The notes below the pieces were generated by a model. That model saw nothing but the letters and a program-made list of their open reading frames with translations. It was not told the DNA's origin and did no database searches. Shown piece by piece: positions 9,422-18,181 of a stretch of 31,911 bases of DNA. Position 1 is the first letter of the stretch. The number at the start of each line of letters is the position of its first letter. Source of the DNA: Candidatus Binatia bacterium (lineage in GTDB: Bacteria; Desulfobacterota; Binatia; UBA9968); assembly GCA_050735755.1 (NCBI GenBank), contig JBOHVR010000019.1, positions 1 through 31,911 on the forward strand, in the 5' to 3' direction. The position numbers were made by a program, and so were the translations under genes.

Positions 9422-9631
9422 ATGGCTCGTCGTCGCCAAAACGCAGCCGCTTTGCTGACTCTTCAAGAAGTTGCAGCTTATCTCAGGATAAATAAGTTCA
9501 CTCTCTATCGGCTTGTCGCTCAAAGGAAAATCCCCGCCTTTAAAGTCGGCAATCAATGGCGGTTCAATAAAAACGCAATTGAAGCATGGCTCAGGAAAAA
9601 CAAGAGCCGAACCAGAAATCCGAATAGGTAA
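9422..9631 (+). CDS. Excisionase-like helix-turn-helix (HTH_17) DNA-binding protein
   Basis: LLTLQEVAAYLRINKFTLYRLVAQRKIPAFKVGNQWRF..AIEAWL; start placed at ATG 9422. Confidence 0.9.
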   Translation: MARRRQNAAALLTLQEVAAYLRINKFTLYRLVAQRKIPAFKVGNQWRFNKNAIEAWLRKNKSRTRNPNR

Positions 9632-9768
9632 TGTCATTCTGAGCCGAGGCGAAGAATCTCTAACACCTTTCAGATCCTTCACGGAGTCTATCCTGAGCGA
9701 GGTCGAAGGACGCAGATGACACCTTTGGAAGCCGAAATTATTAACGCACTTCGGAGACACCACACTAG
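9615..9768 (+). mobile_element. MITE-like element family B, REP core plus right TIR (left TIR missing)
   Basis: TGTCATTCTGAGCCGAGGCGAAGAATCT...AGATCCTTCA...GATGACA, ending TTCGGAGACACCACACTAG (9750-9768). Confidence 0.75.
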
Positions 9769-10278
9769 CTGTAGTGAAAAAATTTTCCCGCGTGAGCCGC
9801 GGGCATCGGCGGGATTCGTCCTCATAATGTTTTGAGATATTTTCCTTTCCGTGGCCAAACAAATAGCCCCGCAAGATACCGTCTAATCCACTAACTCCAA
9901 TCCAAACACATCAACATCGACCCAACCGGCCGCTCTCTCGCATGCAGGCGCGCGGATCCTGATGGCACTGCCATCTGAGTTACTGCGTGGCCGCCGGCGT
10001 GCAAACTTTGAAAGGTCCTGGCGCGTGCTGGTTCATGAAACGCGCGTCGCCGGGAATGAGCCGGCCTTTTCTCGGCAGCTTGGCCGGCGCTATTTACTAC
10101 GACATCGATGCTGTCATGACAACACGTCAAGGCCGCCGCGCTGCCTTGATTCGCCTGCGACACCGTTCCCGGAAGGTTGACAAAGAAAGGTAAAGCACGG
10201 ATCATAATCCAGCCCATCCCCGCCCACTTAACGGGTTTAATCAACGGCCTATTCCCTTGCGGACTACGCCACGATCGA

Positions 10279-12921
10279 ATGAACCAAAACACAACCCCTC
10301 CTTTGCGCACCCTCGCATCGGTCTTGAGCGTCGCGGTTCTATACTTTTGTGCCGGCAAGCTCGGCCTGTCGTTGGCCTTTCTCCATGCGAGCGCTTCGGC
10401 GGTTTGGCCTCCCAGCGGCATAGCGCTGGCGATTCTACTCTTGTGGGGATACCGAGCTTGGCCAGGAATTTTTCTCGGCGCGTTCTTGGTCAACATCACC
10501 ACGCAAGGTTCGCTGGCGACAACGCTGGGGATTGCTGCCGCAAATAGCCTCGAAGCGCTTTCGGGGGCTTGGTTGGTCAACCGCTTCGCCAATGGGTTGA
10601 GAGCCTTTGAACAAGCGCCCAACATTTTCAAATTTGCCCTCGCCGCGGCCTTGAGCACAGTGGTCAGCGCGACCTTCGGTGTCACCAGTCTCACCCTGGG
10701 TGGTTTCGCTCGCTGGGAACAATATCCTGTCATTTGGCTGACCTGGTGGCTCGGGGACACAGTCGGCGATTTACTGGTCGCGCCGCTGGTGGTGGTTTGG
10801 GTGACCCAGCCTTATCCCCGCTTTAAAACTATACGCGTGGTTGAAGCGGCCGGCTTGCTATTCGCGCTGATTCTAGTTGGGCGTATCGTATTCCTGGGAG
10901 GAATTCCTTCCGGCATGGAGTACACCGCCATTCTGCCTCTTTTGTGGGCGACATTCCGATTTGGTCAGCGTGGCGGGGTGACTTCCGCGTTCGTAATCTC
11001 CGGGCTCGCCCTGGTGGGCACTTTAAAAGGGCTCGGCCCGTTTGCGACAATAAACCCCAATGAATCTCTTCTACTTCTGCAGGCTTTCGTCGGTACCCTC
11101 TCCATGGCCGCACTGGTTTTGGCTGCGGTGATTTCAGAGCGCAAGCGAGCCGAGGAACGTCTGCACGTTCAAGATTCGGTGAGCCGCATCCTTGCGGAGT
11201 CTCCAGCTCTTAAAGAAGCCGCTCCCAAAATCGTCCGCGTTTTGTGTGAGAAGGCCGGATGGGAGATAGGTGCGATTTGGAACGTGAACAAAGCCGCCAA
11301 TGAATTGGCTTGTGTGGAAGTCTGGCATATTCCAGGCACCCACGTACCCGAGTTTGAAAGCGTCACGCGGCAAATCAGATTCGCGCCCGGAATCGGTCTG
11401 CCGGGACGGGTCTGGAGTAGCGCCAAGCCGGCATGGATTCCCGACGTCACGCAGGACAACAATTTTCCGCGCGCGCCTATCGCGACCAAGGAATGCTTGC
11501 ATGCCGCCTTCGGTTTCCCGATCAAACTGGGAAGCGAGGTTGTCGGCGTCATCGAATGCTTCAGCCAAGAGGTTCGAGAGCCGGACGACCATTTTCTCCA
11601 AATAGCCGCCGATATCGGCAGTCAGCTCGGGCAGTTTAGGGAGCGGAAGCGGGGCGAGGACCTCCTCCGAGCCAAAGAGCGCCAACTCAACACTATTACA
11701 AACATTACTCCGGTACTGCTAACTCAATGCAGTCGCGAACTGAGGTACAAGTTCGTGAACCGCGCGTACGCTGAAATGCTCGGCCTTAGACCTGAACAGG
11801 TCATAGGTAATTTCATCGAGGAAATCATGGGCAGGGAAGCTTTCCGAACCATTCACCCCTACGTCGAAACTGTACTGCAAGGACAACCCGTCGCATATGA
11901 GGCACACATACCGTTTGAGCGAATCGGCGCGCGCTTTCTACGCGTGGCTTACACGCCCGACAGGGACGAGCACGGAGATGTTAGCGGATGGATTGCCTCC
12001 ATCACCGATATCAGCGAGCAGAAGGCGGCCGAGGCCGCGTTGCGCCAAGCCCAGGAGGAATTGGCAAAAGCCAACGAGGAGCTGGAGACCCGAGTTCTGG
12101 AGCGCACGGCTGATTTGCAGCAAGCGCAAGCCGCGCTCGTGAGAGAAATAGAAGAAGAAAAAAAGCTCGAAGAGCAGCTCCGTCAGTCCCAGAAGATGGA
12201 AAGCCTCGGCACCCTGGCGGGCGGAATTGCGCACGAGTTCAACAACATTCTCAATATCATCAGCGGATCTGCTCAGCTGATCCGCCGGCGTTCTTCAAGG
12301 GCTCAGAGTGTCGCCGAGGATTTAGAAGTCATTGACCAAACCATAAAACGCGCGGCGTCTATGGTCCGGGAATTGCTCACGCTGGCACGGAAGACTCAGG
12401 CTCATTTGAATTCCGCCGATGCTAATCATGTGATTCTTGACCTAACCAAATTACTCAAGCAGACGTTTCCAAAGGATATAGAGCTCTCACTGGCTCTCGA
12501 TCCCCAACTGCCATCTGTCGTGGCAGATCCAAACCAGATCAGCCAGGCGCTGCTCAATCTCTGTCTTAATGCTCGTGACGCGATGGCGATTGGCGGCCAG
12601 CTAACGATTAGCACTAAGTCGGTTGACGGAAGTACAGTTCAAAAGCGACACACGGGTGCCACGGCAACGCAATATATAGCCATCGAGGTTAGTGATACAG
12701 GAGTGGGAATGGATCAAAGTATCTACAAGCGAATCTTTGAGCCTTTTTTCACAACCAAGGGAATTGGGGAGGGAACGGGTCTCGGGCTGGCGATCGTTTA
12801 CGGAATCATGACAAACCACAGTGGATTTATCGAAGTGGATAGTGAGGCCGGGCGTGGGGCGACATTTCGTTTGTACTTGCCGTTAGTCCCGCCTGAAAAC
12901 CAACCTTCGCCGATGAGATGA
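10279..12921 (+). CDS. Membrane sensor histidine kinase: MASE1-GAF-PAS-HisKA-HATPase_c
   Basis: MASE1 (AVWPPSGIALA; TWWLGDTVG), GAF (GIGLPGRVWSS), PAS (YKFVNRAY), H-box LAGGIAHEFNNIL, N/G boxes (QALLNLCLNARDAM; DTGVGM; FFTTK; GTGLGL). Start moved from TTG 10177 to ATG 10279. Confidence 0.95.
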   Translation: MNQNTTPPLRTLASVLSVAVLYFCAGKLGLSLAFLHASASAVWPPSGIALAILLLWGYRAWPGIFLGAFLVNITTQGSLATTLGIAAANSLEALSGAWLVNRFANGLRAFEQAPNIFKFALAAALSTVVSATFGVTSLTLGGFARWEQYPVIWLTWWLGDTVGDLLVAPLVVVWVTQPYPRFKTIRVVEAAGLLFALILVGRIVFLGGIPSGMEYTAILPLLWATFRFGQRGGVTSAFVISGLALVGTLKGLGPFATINPNESLLLLQAFVGTLSMAALVLAAVISERKRAEERLHVQDSVSRILAESPALKEAAPKIVRVLCEKAGWEIGAIWNVNKAANELACVEVWHIPGTHVPEFESVTRQIRFAPGIGLPGRVWSSAKPAWIPDVTQDNNFPRAPIATKECLHAAFGFPIKLGSEVVGVIECFSQEVREPDDHFLQIAADIGSQLGQFRERKRGEDLLRAKERQLNTITNITPVLLTQCSRELRYKFVNRAYAEMLGLRPEQVIGNFIEEIMGREAFRTIHPYVETVLQGQPVAYEAHIPFERIGARFLRVAYTPDRDEHGDVSGWIASITDISEQKAAEAALRQAQEELAKANEELETRVLERTADLQQAQAALVREIEEEKKLEEQLRQSQKMESLGTLAGGIAHEFNNILNIISGSAQLIRRRSSRAQSVAEDLEVIDQTIKRAASMVRELLTLARKTQAHLNSADANHVILDLTKLLKQTFPKDIELSLALDPQLPSVVADPNQISQALLNLCLNARDAMAIGGQLTISTKSVDGSTVQKRHTGATATQYIAIEVSDTGVGMDQSIYKRIFEPFFTTKGIGEGTGLGLAIVYGIMTNHSGFIEVDSEAGRGATFRLYLPLVPPENQPSPMR

Positions 12922-13006
12922 CGGCTACAGATCGGCCGGCCCGCAGCACGTTGACGGTGGAGGAACCGCCCTTTGGTCGAAGACGAAAAAACGATGGCTG
13001 GGCCTT
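12905..13006 (+). pseudogene. Decayed start of a receiver domain following the kinase
   Basis: Across three frames reads ADEMTATDRPA / HVDGGGTAL / LVEDEKTMAG, matching the GTILLVEDE start of hybrid-kinase receivers; ends at the MITE at 13007. Confidence 0.55.
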
Positions 13007-13111
13007 TGTCATCCTAAACAAGTGAAAGATCTGAAAGGCGTTAGAGATTCTTCGCCTTCGGCTCAGAATGACATTACTTATTCAGCGGATTTCAGAGACA
13101 CACCACACTAG
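13007..13111 (-). mobile_element. MITE-like element family B, reverse orientation, left TIR plus complete REP doublet
   Basis: Reverse complement CTAGTGTGGTGTGTCTCTGAAATCCGCTGAATAAGTAATGTCATTCTGAGCCGAAGGCGAAGAATCTCTAACGCCTTTCAGATCTTTCAC...GGATGACA aligns with 3753-3845. Confidence 0.75.
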
Positions 13112-13208
13112 CGCGACACCGCGCTGTAGGGGAAATATCGGCTATAAAGGCACGCGACGAGTGGTGGGGTTTCCTGTTCGATCACCAGGCCCATCCAAAA
13201 ATGAGAAT

Positions 13209-14405
13209 CTAGAAATAATAGGCGAGACCGATGCGGATGAAGTCGTCTTGACGGAGATCGTGGAGCAAGTCGCTCCGACCGCCCGGAAAGAAGGCGCGCA
13301 GGTCGAGTGTCGCGCGCCAATGTTCGCTCAGCAGAGTGCTTGCCTCTAGGAAAAGGAATTGCGAATTTGCCTCCAGGTCCTGCGCAAAGGCAAAAAGAGC
13401 CGTGCTCCCTTCGACATCGTTCACCCCGAGACGTAAACCAAAAGCCAAGTCATTCTGCAAAGGGGTCGTTGCCAGTTCTTCTCGTGTATCATACGACCAC
13501 TCTAGCAAAAGCCCCAGATCCATTCCCGTTCCAACAATTCCGGAGAACGTGTATTCGAAACCGCCCGTCCAGGCAAAGAAATCTTCATCGCCTTGACCCC
13601 TTCGGTAGATCGCTTCCAATTTCCAGATCCAGCTCCCGATGACATACAATGATTCCAGCCCGGTTTGATAAATTTGTTCATAGAAGGGGAACAGAAACGG
13701 CTTGCCGTTTTTTCTGAGCCCCAACCTAAAACTCGGTTCTCGCCCGGTACCCACGAATTGGGACAGCGCGAAATCCCACTTGCCGATTGTGTGAAAATAA
13801 CGGAAAGCGAAATCCGTATGGTACTGCCCGGCTGAACTCTCATACTTCGCTTTGTCCGGCTCGACGATAATTGACGGCCGTAGACGCCCGCCGCGACCGG
13901 AAAAAGTTCTCTCCCGGAAGTAGGGTAGCAAGTAGAAGTCGAAGATACCCCAATTGGAAGCGAGCGAAAGGTTCACCATCGGCTGCCCCAATTTGTCTTC
14001 GCCGTCGATGTCTTCCAGGAAATCCGTTTGATTGACGATATCCACAAGGTGCTGAGTCTCGGTCACGCCCCAGAACACGCGGCCAACGCCTATTCTTACT
14101 TGCCAGTAATCCTTGGGCCAGATATAGATCAACTCCCGCACATCAAAGTGCGTTCTGCGCGAATCTGCGCTGTCCACCCGGGCGAACGGGATAAAGCTGA
14201 AGACGCTTTGATTCCCAAACCTGTGAAAGTACTGCGGTTCGCCGCGAAGGGAAAAACTATGCCTTTCCTGCCCGGGGTGGATCGGCGGATGCAAGAACAA
14301 CCGGCTTTCGAACTCGAGAAACCCTCTAAGCTCGTTCGCTAACAGGGGACTTCCACCGACGCCTACGAAGAAGATCCCCACGATCATAAAGACCGGACGA
14401 AACAT
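13209..14405 (-). CDS. Predicted outer-membrane beta-barrel protein of the type found beside LolA-like/MMPL genes
   Basis: Signal peptide, amphipathic strands, RTHFDVREL / VFWGVTE.QHLVDIVNQTD..EDIDGEDKLGQPM motifs, C-terminal IGLAYYF barrel signal. Confidence 0.85.
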   Translation of the reverse strand: MFRPVFMIVGIFFVGVGGSPLLANELRGFLEFESRLFLHPPIHPGQERHSFSLRGEPQYFHRFGNQSVFSFIPFARVDSADSRRTHFDVRELIYIWPKDYWQVRIGVGRVFWGVTETQHLVDIVNQTDFLEDIDGEDKLGQPMVNLSLASNWGIFDFYLLPYFRERTFSGRGGRLRPSIIVEPDKAKYESSAGQYHTDFAFRYFHTIGKWDFALSQFVGTGREPSFRLGLRKNGKPFLFPFYEQIYQTGLESLYVIGSWIWKLEAIYRRGQGDEDFFAWTGGFEYTFSGIVGTGMDLGLLLEWSYDTREELATTPLQNDLAFGLRLGVNDVEGSTALFAFAQDLEANSQFLFLEASTLLSEHWRATLDLRAFFPGGRSDLLHDLRQDDFIRIGLAYYF

Positions 14406-14484
14406 TGCTCGACTGAGTGTCGTCAGGGTCTTGGGGCCCTGATCTCGCTGTCATGCTCGCACAACGGCATCGAACTCGTGACTG

Positions 14485-15643
14485 TCACCAGCTTGGCCAA
14501 GTGCGGTTTGAATCATTCAGCGGATGCTGAACATCAGACGTAGAGCCCACCGCCGTGTTAAGGACTTGCACTACCGCGGCGGTACGGTTTTCCACCCCCA
14601 TCTTCTGGTAGACCCGCTCCAGGTGCTTCTCCACGGTCTTGGGCCGGGTGGAAAGGATCGTTCCGATCTCAACGTTCGTTTTCCCTTGCGCGACCCAATA
14701 TAGCACCTCCGCCTCGCGCTTCGTGAGCTCCCAATTTTGCTGCATTGTTTCCAGGCGAAATCTCGGGCTGCCTCTCTTCCAAAAGCAACACGTGCCCTGA
14801 ACCGTTCGGAACCAACCGCACCACAAGCTTTTTCTCGTCTCTTGCCACAACCAGCGGCTTGGTCGAAGCAGGAATGTCATCTTTTTGGCCGAGCAACGAT
14901 TTCTGATAACGCGCCCAGCTGTCCAGTGCTTCAGGCAAGCGATCCGCGCGCGGCGATGCGAAGTACTCTGTAATCAACTGGCGCGCTTTAGACGTAATCA
15001 AGCCGATACGCCCCGTTTCCGCCAGCACGACAATACCTCGATCCATCGCCTCAACAGCCTTCCGAACCTGATCCGGCTCCTCCTGCATTCTCGTGATCGC
15101 CTGAGCGTTCAGTAAAGCCTGCCTTAAATGAGGGCGCAGCAAGTGGAGCATGCTGCGGTCACGCTCGGTGAACGCGCGTGGCGCATTGAGAGCAACGAGA
15201 TCGCAGACCAATGGACTATCAGAAGGCGCAAGGTTAAAAATGATTTGGTCCCACAGGCGAACAGGACGACACACTTCGTTATACCATTCGTTTCGTTGCC
15301 ATACCCGCTCGCTGAAAAAATCAGATATCTTTACGACTTCACCACTTGGCGTCTGTAAAACAATAGAAGCCAGCGGATAGGTGGCGAAGTGATCAACGTA
15401 AAACTGGAGGCCCCTGTCCAAAAACAAATCCGGCGGGTTCAGAAAAGGCGTACCCGCGCATCTGGTCACCTGTATGCGTCTCTTACCCGGTGGAAAAGGA
15501 TGAAATCCTACGGATTTGGATTGAACGATATTGGGAAGCGCGGAAACCACGTAGTGGCCGAATGTATTGTAGTCGCGGATAGCGTAGGCGTCTTCCAGAA
15601 ATCCGAGCGCGGCTCTTAAGTCTCGGCTCTTTAGCGCTTCCAC
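14485..15643 (-). pseudogene. LuxR-family regulator paralogue 2 (GAF-like/PAS-like sensor + HTH) with a 1-nt insertion at 14754-14755
   Basis: Colinear with 16613..17719. Plus strand reads CCAGGCG where paralogue 1 reads CCAGCG, which separates the 324-aa sensor ORF from the HTH frame (WELTKREAEVLYWVAQGKTN...). Confidence 0.85.
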
Positions 15644-15664
15644 CTCTCTGCCCGTGCTTTCTCG

Positions 15665-16456
15665 CTAACGCGGTATTCTTAGGCCGTTGGTCGTAAAGTC
15701 ACTGTCTTTAAGCCCCACGCGAAATCGCCAATCCTTAGTGATCAGTCGCGTGGTACTGCCGGTAAAATGATTGACCATCCTGAACTCGCTCGGCCGCCAG
15801 TGATTTTCCAGGTATCTCTTGTATCCCAAAAAGTGAAGCGTCTTTTCGTGCTGTTGTTCTCTGTTATAGAGCTCGGCTTTCAGAACCCGATAATGATCTT
15901 GGTCGATCCACATGACCTGCTTCGTATAGATCGAACTCTTTTCGAGTGGTGAGCGTTCGACAACAAAGCACTTCTGCCCTTTGTAGACTTCGTCCCGGAG
16001 CCAGCGATAGCCCGTAAATTTTTCCGGCTCGGGATGCGTTATGTCTTCATTCGCGAAATCGGTCCCCATGAAAGAACCGCCTTTGTTCTCGGCGCTGACC
16101 CTCCGAACTCTTTCCGACCGAGGGATATACATCCACATGTCGTCGGGGCTCGATTTATGTGTGTGCACGAGCGCTGCGACTCCTCTGACGTCAGCCGGGT
16201 CGCTGAAAACAACCAGAACCTTTTCACCGTCTCCCGGAGCTTCCAGCGCGAAAACTGAAAGTTGCCGCGCAACCTTTTGTCCATAGCGGTTTTCGACAAT
16301 CATCTCCTCTTCGAAGGTGAGATCTCCGTAGCCATCGAAATTTCTTCTTTCCATCTCGAAAGCGACCACGCGCCCCTTTTCCTCGGGCGTGAGACCGGTC
16401 AGGTTCAGGGCCGGCCCGCTTGCGAAAAGAAGCGCGATAGCCATTCGTGCGAACAT
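15665..16456 (-). CDS. Outer-membrane lipoprotein-sorting protein (LolA-like family)
   Basis: DGEKVLVVFSDPADVRGVA.L...DDMWMYIP...VRRVS..NKGGSFMGTDFANEDI motif; signal peptide from ATG 16456 with AGGA SD. The longer ORF-track N-terminus lies in a repeat. Confidence 0.92.
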   Translation of the reverse strand: MFARMAIALLFASGPALNLTGLTPEEKGRVVAFEMERRNFDGYGDLTFEEEMIVENRYGQKVARQLSVFALEAPGDGEKVLVVFSDPADVRGVAALVHTHKSSPDDMWMYIPRSERVRRVSAENKGGSFMGTDFANEDITHPEPEKFTGYRWLRDEVYKGQKCFVVERSPLEKSSIYTKQVMWIDQDHYRVLKAELYNREQQHEKTLHFLGYKRYLENHWRPSEFRMVNHFTGSTTRLITKDWRFRVGLKDSDFTTNGLRIPR

Positions 16457-16485
16457 TAACGTCTTTCCTTTTCGATCTCCCTGAG

Positions 16486-16615
16486 TAGGTTTCTGAGAAA
16501 AATAGTGTTCGTGCTTCGAGAGCCTCAGCACGAACGGATAGTCTTATAATTTCGCCCTCACCGTTCGCCCTGAGGCTCTCGAAGGGTGAACGGTAGGACT
16601 TTCAGCAACCGACTA
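16486..16615. mobile_element. MITE-like element family A with REP-type palindrome pair
   Basis: Degenerate ends TAGGTTTCTGAGAAAAA / TTTCAGCAACCGACTA; arms CTTCGAGAGCCTCAGCACGAACGG and CCGTTCGCCCTGAGGCTCTCGAAG; shares TGAGGCTCTCGAAG exactly with 3716-3729. Confidence 0.7.
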
Positions 16616-17719
16616 TGATTGTGTCTCCAGCACTTGCCGCACGGCGGCGGTGCGGTTCTCCACGCCCATCTTCTGATAGACGCGCTCCAGGTGCTTCTCC
16701 ACCGTCTTGGGCCGGGTGGCAAGGATCGTTCCGATCTCAATGTTCGTTTTGCCCTGAGCTACCCAGTAGAGCACCTCCGCCTCGCGCTTCGTAAGCTCCC
16801 ACCTCTCCTGTGCCAGTTCCAGCGACGTCTCGGGCTGCCTCTCTTCCAAAAGCAACACGTGTCCTGAGCCGTTTGGAAGCAACCTTACCAGAAGCTTTTT
16901 CTCGTCTCTTGTCACAACCAGCGGCTTGATCGAAGCAGGAATGTCATCTTTTTCGGCGAGCAACGACTTCTGATAGCGCGCCCAGCTGTCCAGGGCTTCA
17001 GGCAAACGATCCGCGCGCGGCGCTGTAAAGTACTCTGTAACCAACTGGCGCGCTTTAGACGTAATCAAGCCGATACGCCCCGACTCCGCCAGCACCGCAA
17101 TACCTCGATCCACCGCTTCAACAGCTTGTCGTATGACATCCAACTCCTTCTGCATTCTCGTGATCGCCTGAGCATTCAATAAAGCCTGTCGTAAATGGGG
17201 ACGGAGCAGGTGAAGTATGCTCCGGTCGCGCTCGGTGAAAGGCTTTGACCGGTTAAGCGCGATCGCTTTGTCCATTATGGGCGCCTTCGGAGGTCCGAGG
17301 CTAAGCATTATTTGGTCCCACAGGCGAACGGGACGAAACACTTCGTTGTAGAACTCCGCACGCTGCCATGCGTGCGTGGTGAAGAGATCGGAGATTTTGA
17401 CGACTTCACTGCTTGATGTTCGAGACTGAATAGCCGCCAGAGGATACTTGGGATAGTGCTCAATGTAGAACTGTACTCCCCGGTCCTGAAACAAGTCCGG
17501 CGGGTTTAGAAAAGGCGTAGCCATGTGCCGCGTCACCTTGGTGAGTTTCTTGCCCGGTCCCACAGGGTGAAATCCGGCGGCTTCCGATTTGACGATTTTG
17601 GTAAGCGATGAAACGAGATAGTTGCCGAAGGTGTCGTAGTCGCGCAACGCGTATGCGTCTTTCAGGAACTCAAGCGCCTCCTTCAGATCCTGTCGCTTCA
17701 AGCGTGACATGGCCGTCAT
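16613..17719 (-). CDS. LuxR-family transcriptional regulator paralogue 1 (GAF-like/PAS-like sensor + LuxR HTH)
   Basis: C-terminal LTKREAEVLYWVAQGKTNIEIGTIL...KTVEKHLERVYQKMGVENRTAA; N-terminal GAF-like region ending FTERDRSILHLLRPHL. No receiver domain. Start 17719 or 17710. Confidence 0.93.
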   Translation of the reverse strand: MTAMSRLKRQDLKEALEFLKDAYALRDYDTFGNYLVSSLTKIVKSEAAGFHPVGPGKKLTKVTRHMATPFLNPPDLFQDRGVQFYIEHYPKYPLAAIQSRTSSSEVVKISDLFTTHAWQRAEFYNEVFRPVRLWDQIMLSLGPPKAPIMDKAIALNRSKPFTERDRSILHLLRPHLRQALLNAQAITRMQKELDVIRQAVEAVDRGIAVLAESGRIGLITSKARQLVTEYFTAPRADRLPEALDSWARYQKSLLAEKDDIPASIKPLVVTRDEKKLLVRLLPNGSGHVLLLEERQPETSLELAQERWELTKREAEVLYWVAQGKTNIEIGTILATRPKTVEKHLERVYQKMGVENRTAAVRQVLETQS

Positions 17720-17789
17720 AGCGAATACGTAGGAACAGGCTCGCAGACAAATCGACGCAGCGCTTCTCGATTGGCCTATAGGTCTGCCG

Positions 17790-17818
17790 ATTTAATGAAA
17801 AATCCCTGCTCCTGTCAA
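17790..17818 (-). promoter_or_regulatory. Sigma-70 promoter for the luxR cluster
   Basis: Minus strand TTGACA, 17 nt, TTAAAT, about 70 nt upstream of the luxR1 start. Confidence 0.55.
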
Positions 17819-17820
17819 TG

Positions 17821-17844
17821 GCTGTACGGGAAAACCCGTACGGC
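17821..17844. promoter_or_regulatory. Palindromic operator, candidate LuxR-type box
   Basis: GCTGTACGGG-AAAA-CCCGTACGGC (perfect core 17824-17841) directly upstream of the -35 hexamer. Confidence 0.6.
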
Positions 17845-18136
17845 GAAACTCGCATTCACGTTCGGGTTTTTTTGCTGTTATCCATGCTACACGGATGATT
17901 TCTAGAACGTAAAGATGATTAGCGGGATTGAATGGCCTGCAACACACGGTCCCAATCCAGGGGATCAGAAAAGAGAAGTTCGGTCAGTGAATTCAGGCTG
18001 CGCCCTGATAATTCCAAGTATCGTTTTCTGCTCGTCACGGTATCCGAAAAGAGACGCTCTGGGTTTTTTCCCGCCGAGGCTCGCTCACACCTCAAGGAAA
18101 TTCGGGGGTTTACAAGCCAAAAACAGCATCGCGCGG

Positions 18137-18152
18137 TGGCATATCGGTTGCT
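18137..18152 (+). promoter_or_regulatory. Sigma-54 promoter
   Basis: TGGC-ATATCGG-TTGCT, 30 nt before the DASS ATG. Confidence 0.7.
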
Positions 18153-18181
18153 CATGTAAAACCGCCAACGGATAAACGACA

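Noticed and set aside
9422..9631. Excisionase-like gene as evidence of a prophage or ICE
   Set aside because: No integrase, att/tRNA site, phage or conjugation genes in the window; HTH_17 proteins are often stand-alone regulators.
16457..16531. N-terminal extension MLRLSKHEHYFSQKP... of the LolA-like ORF
   Set aside because: Its start and first codons are translated repeat element; the signal peptide and SD fit ATG 16456.
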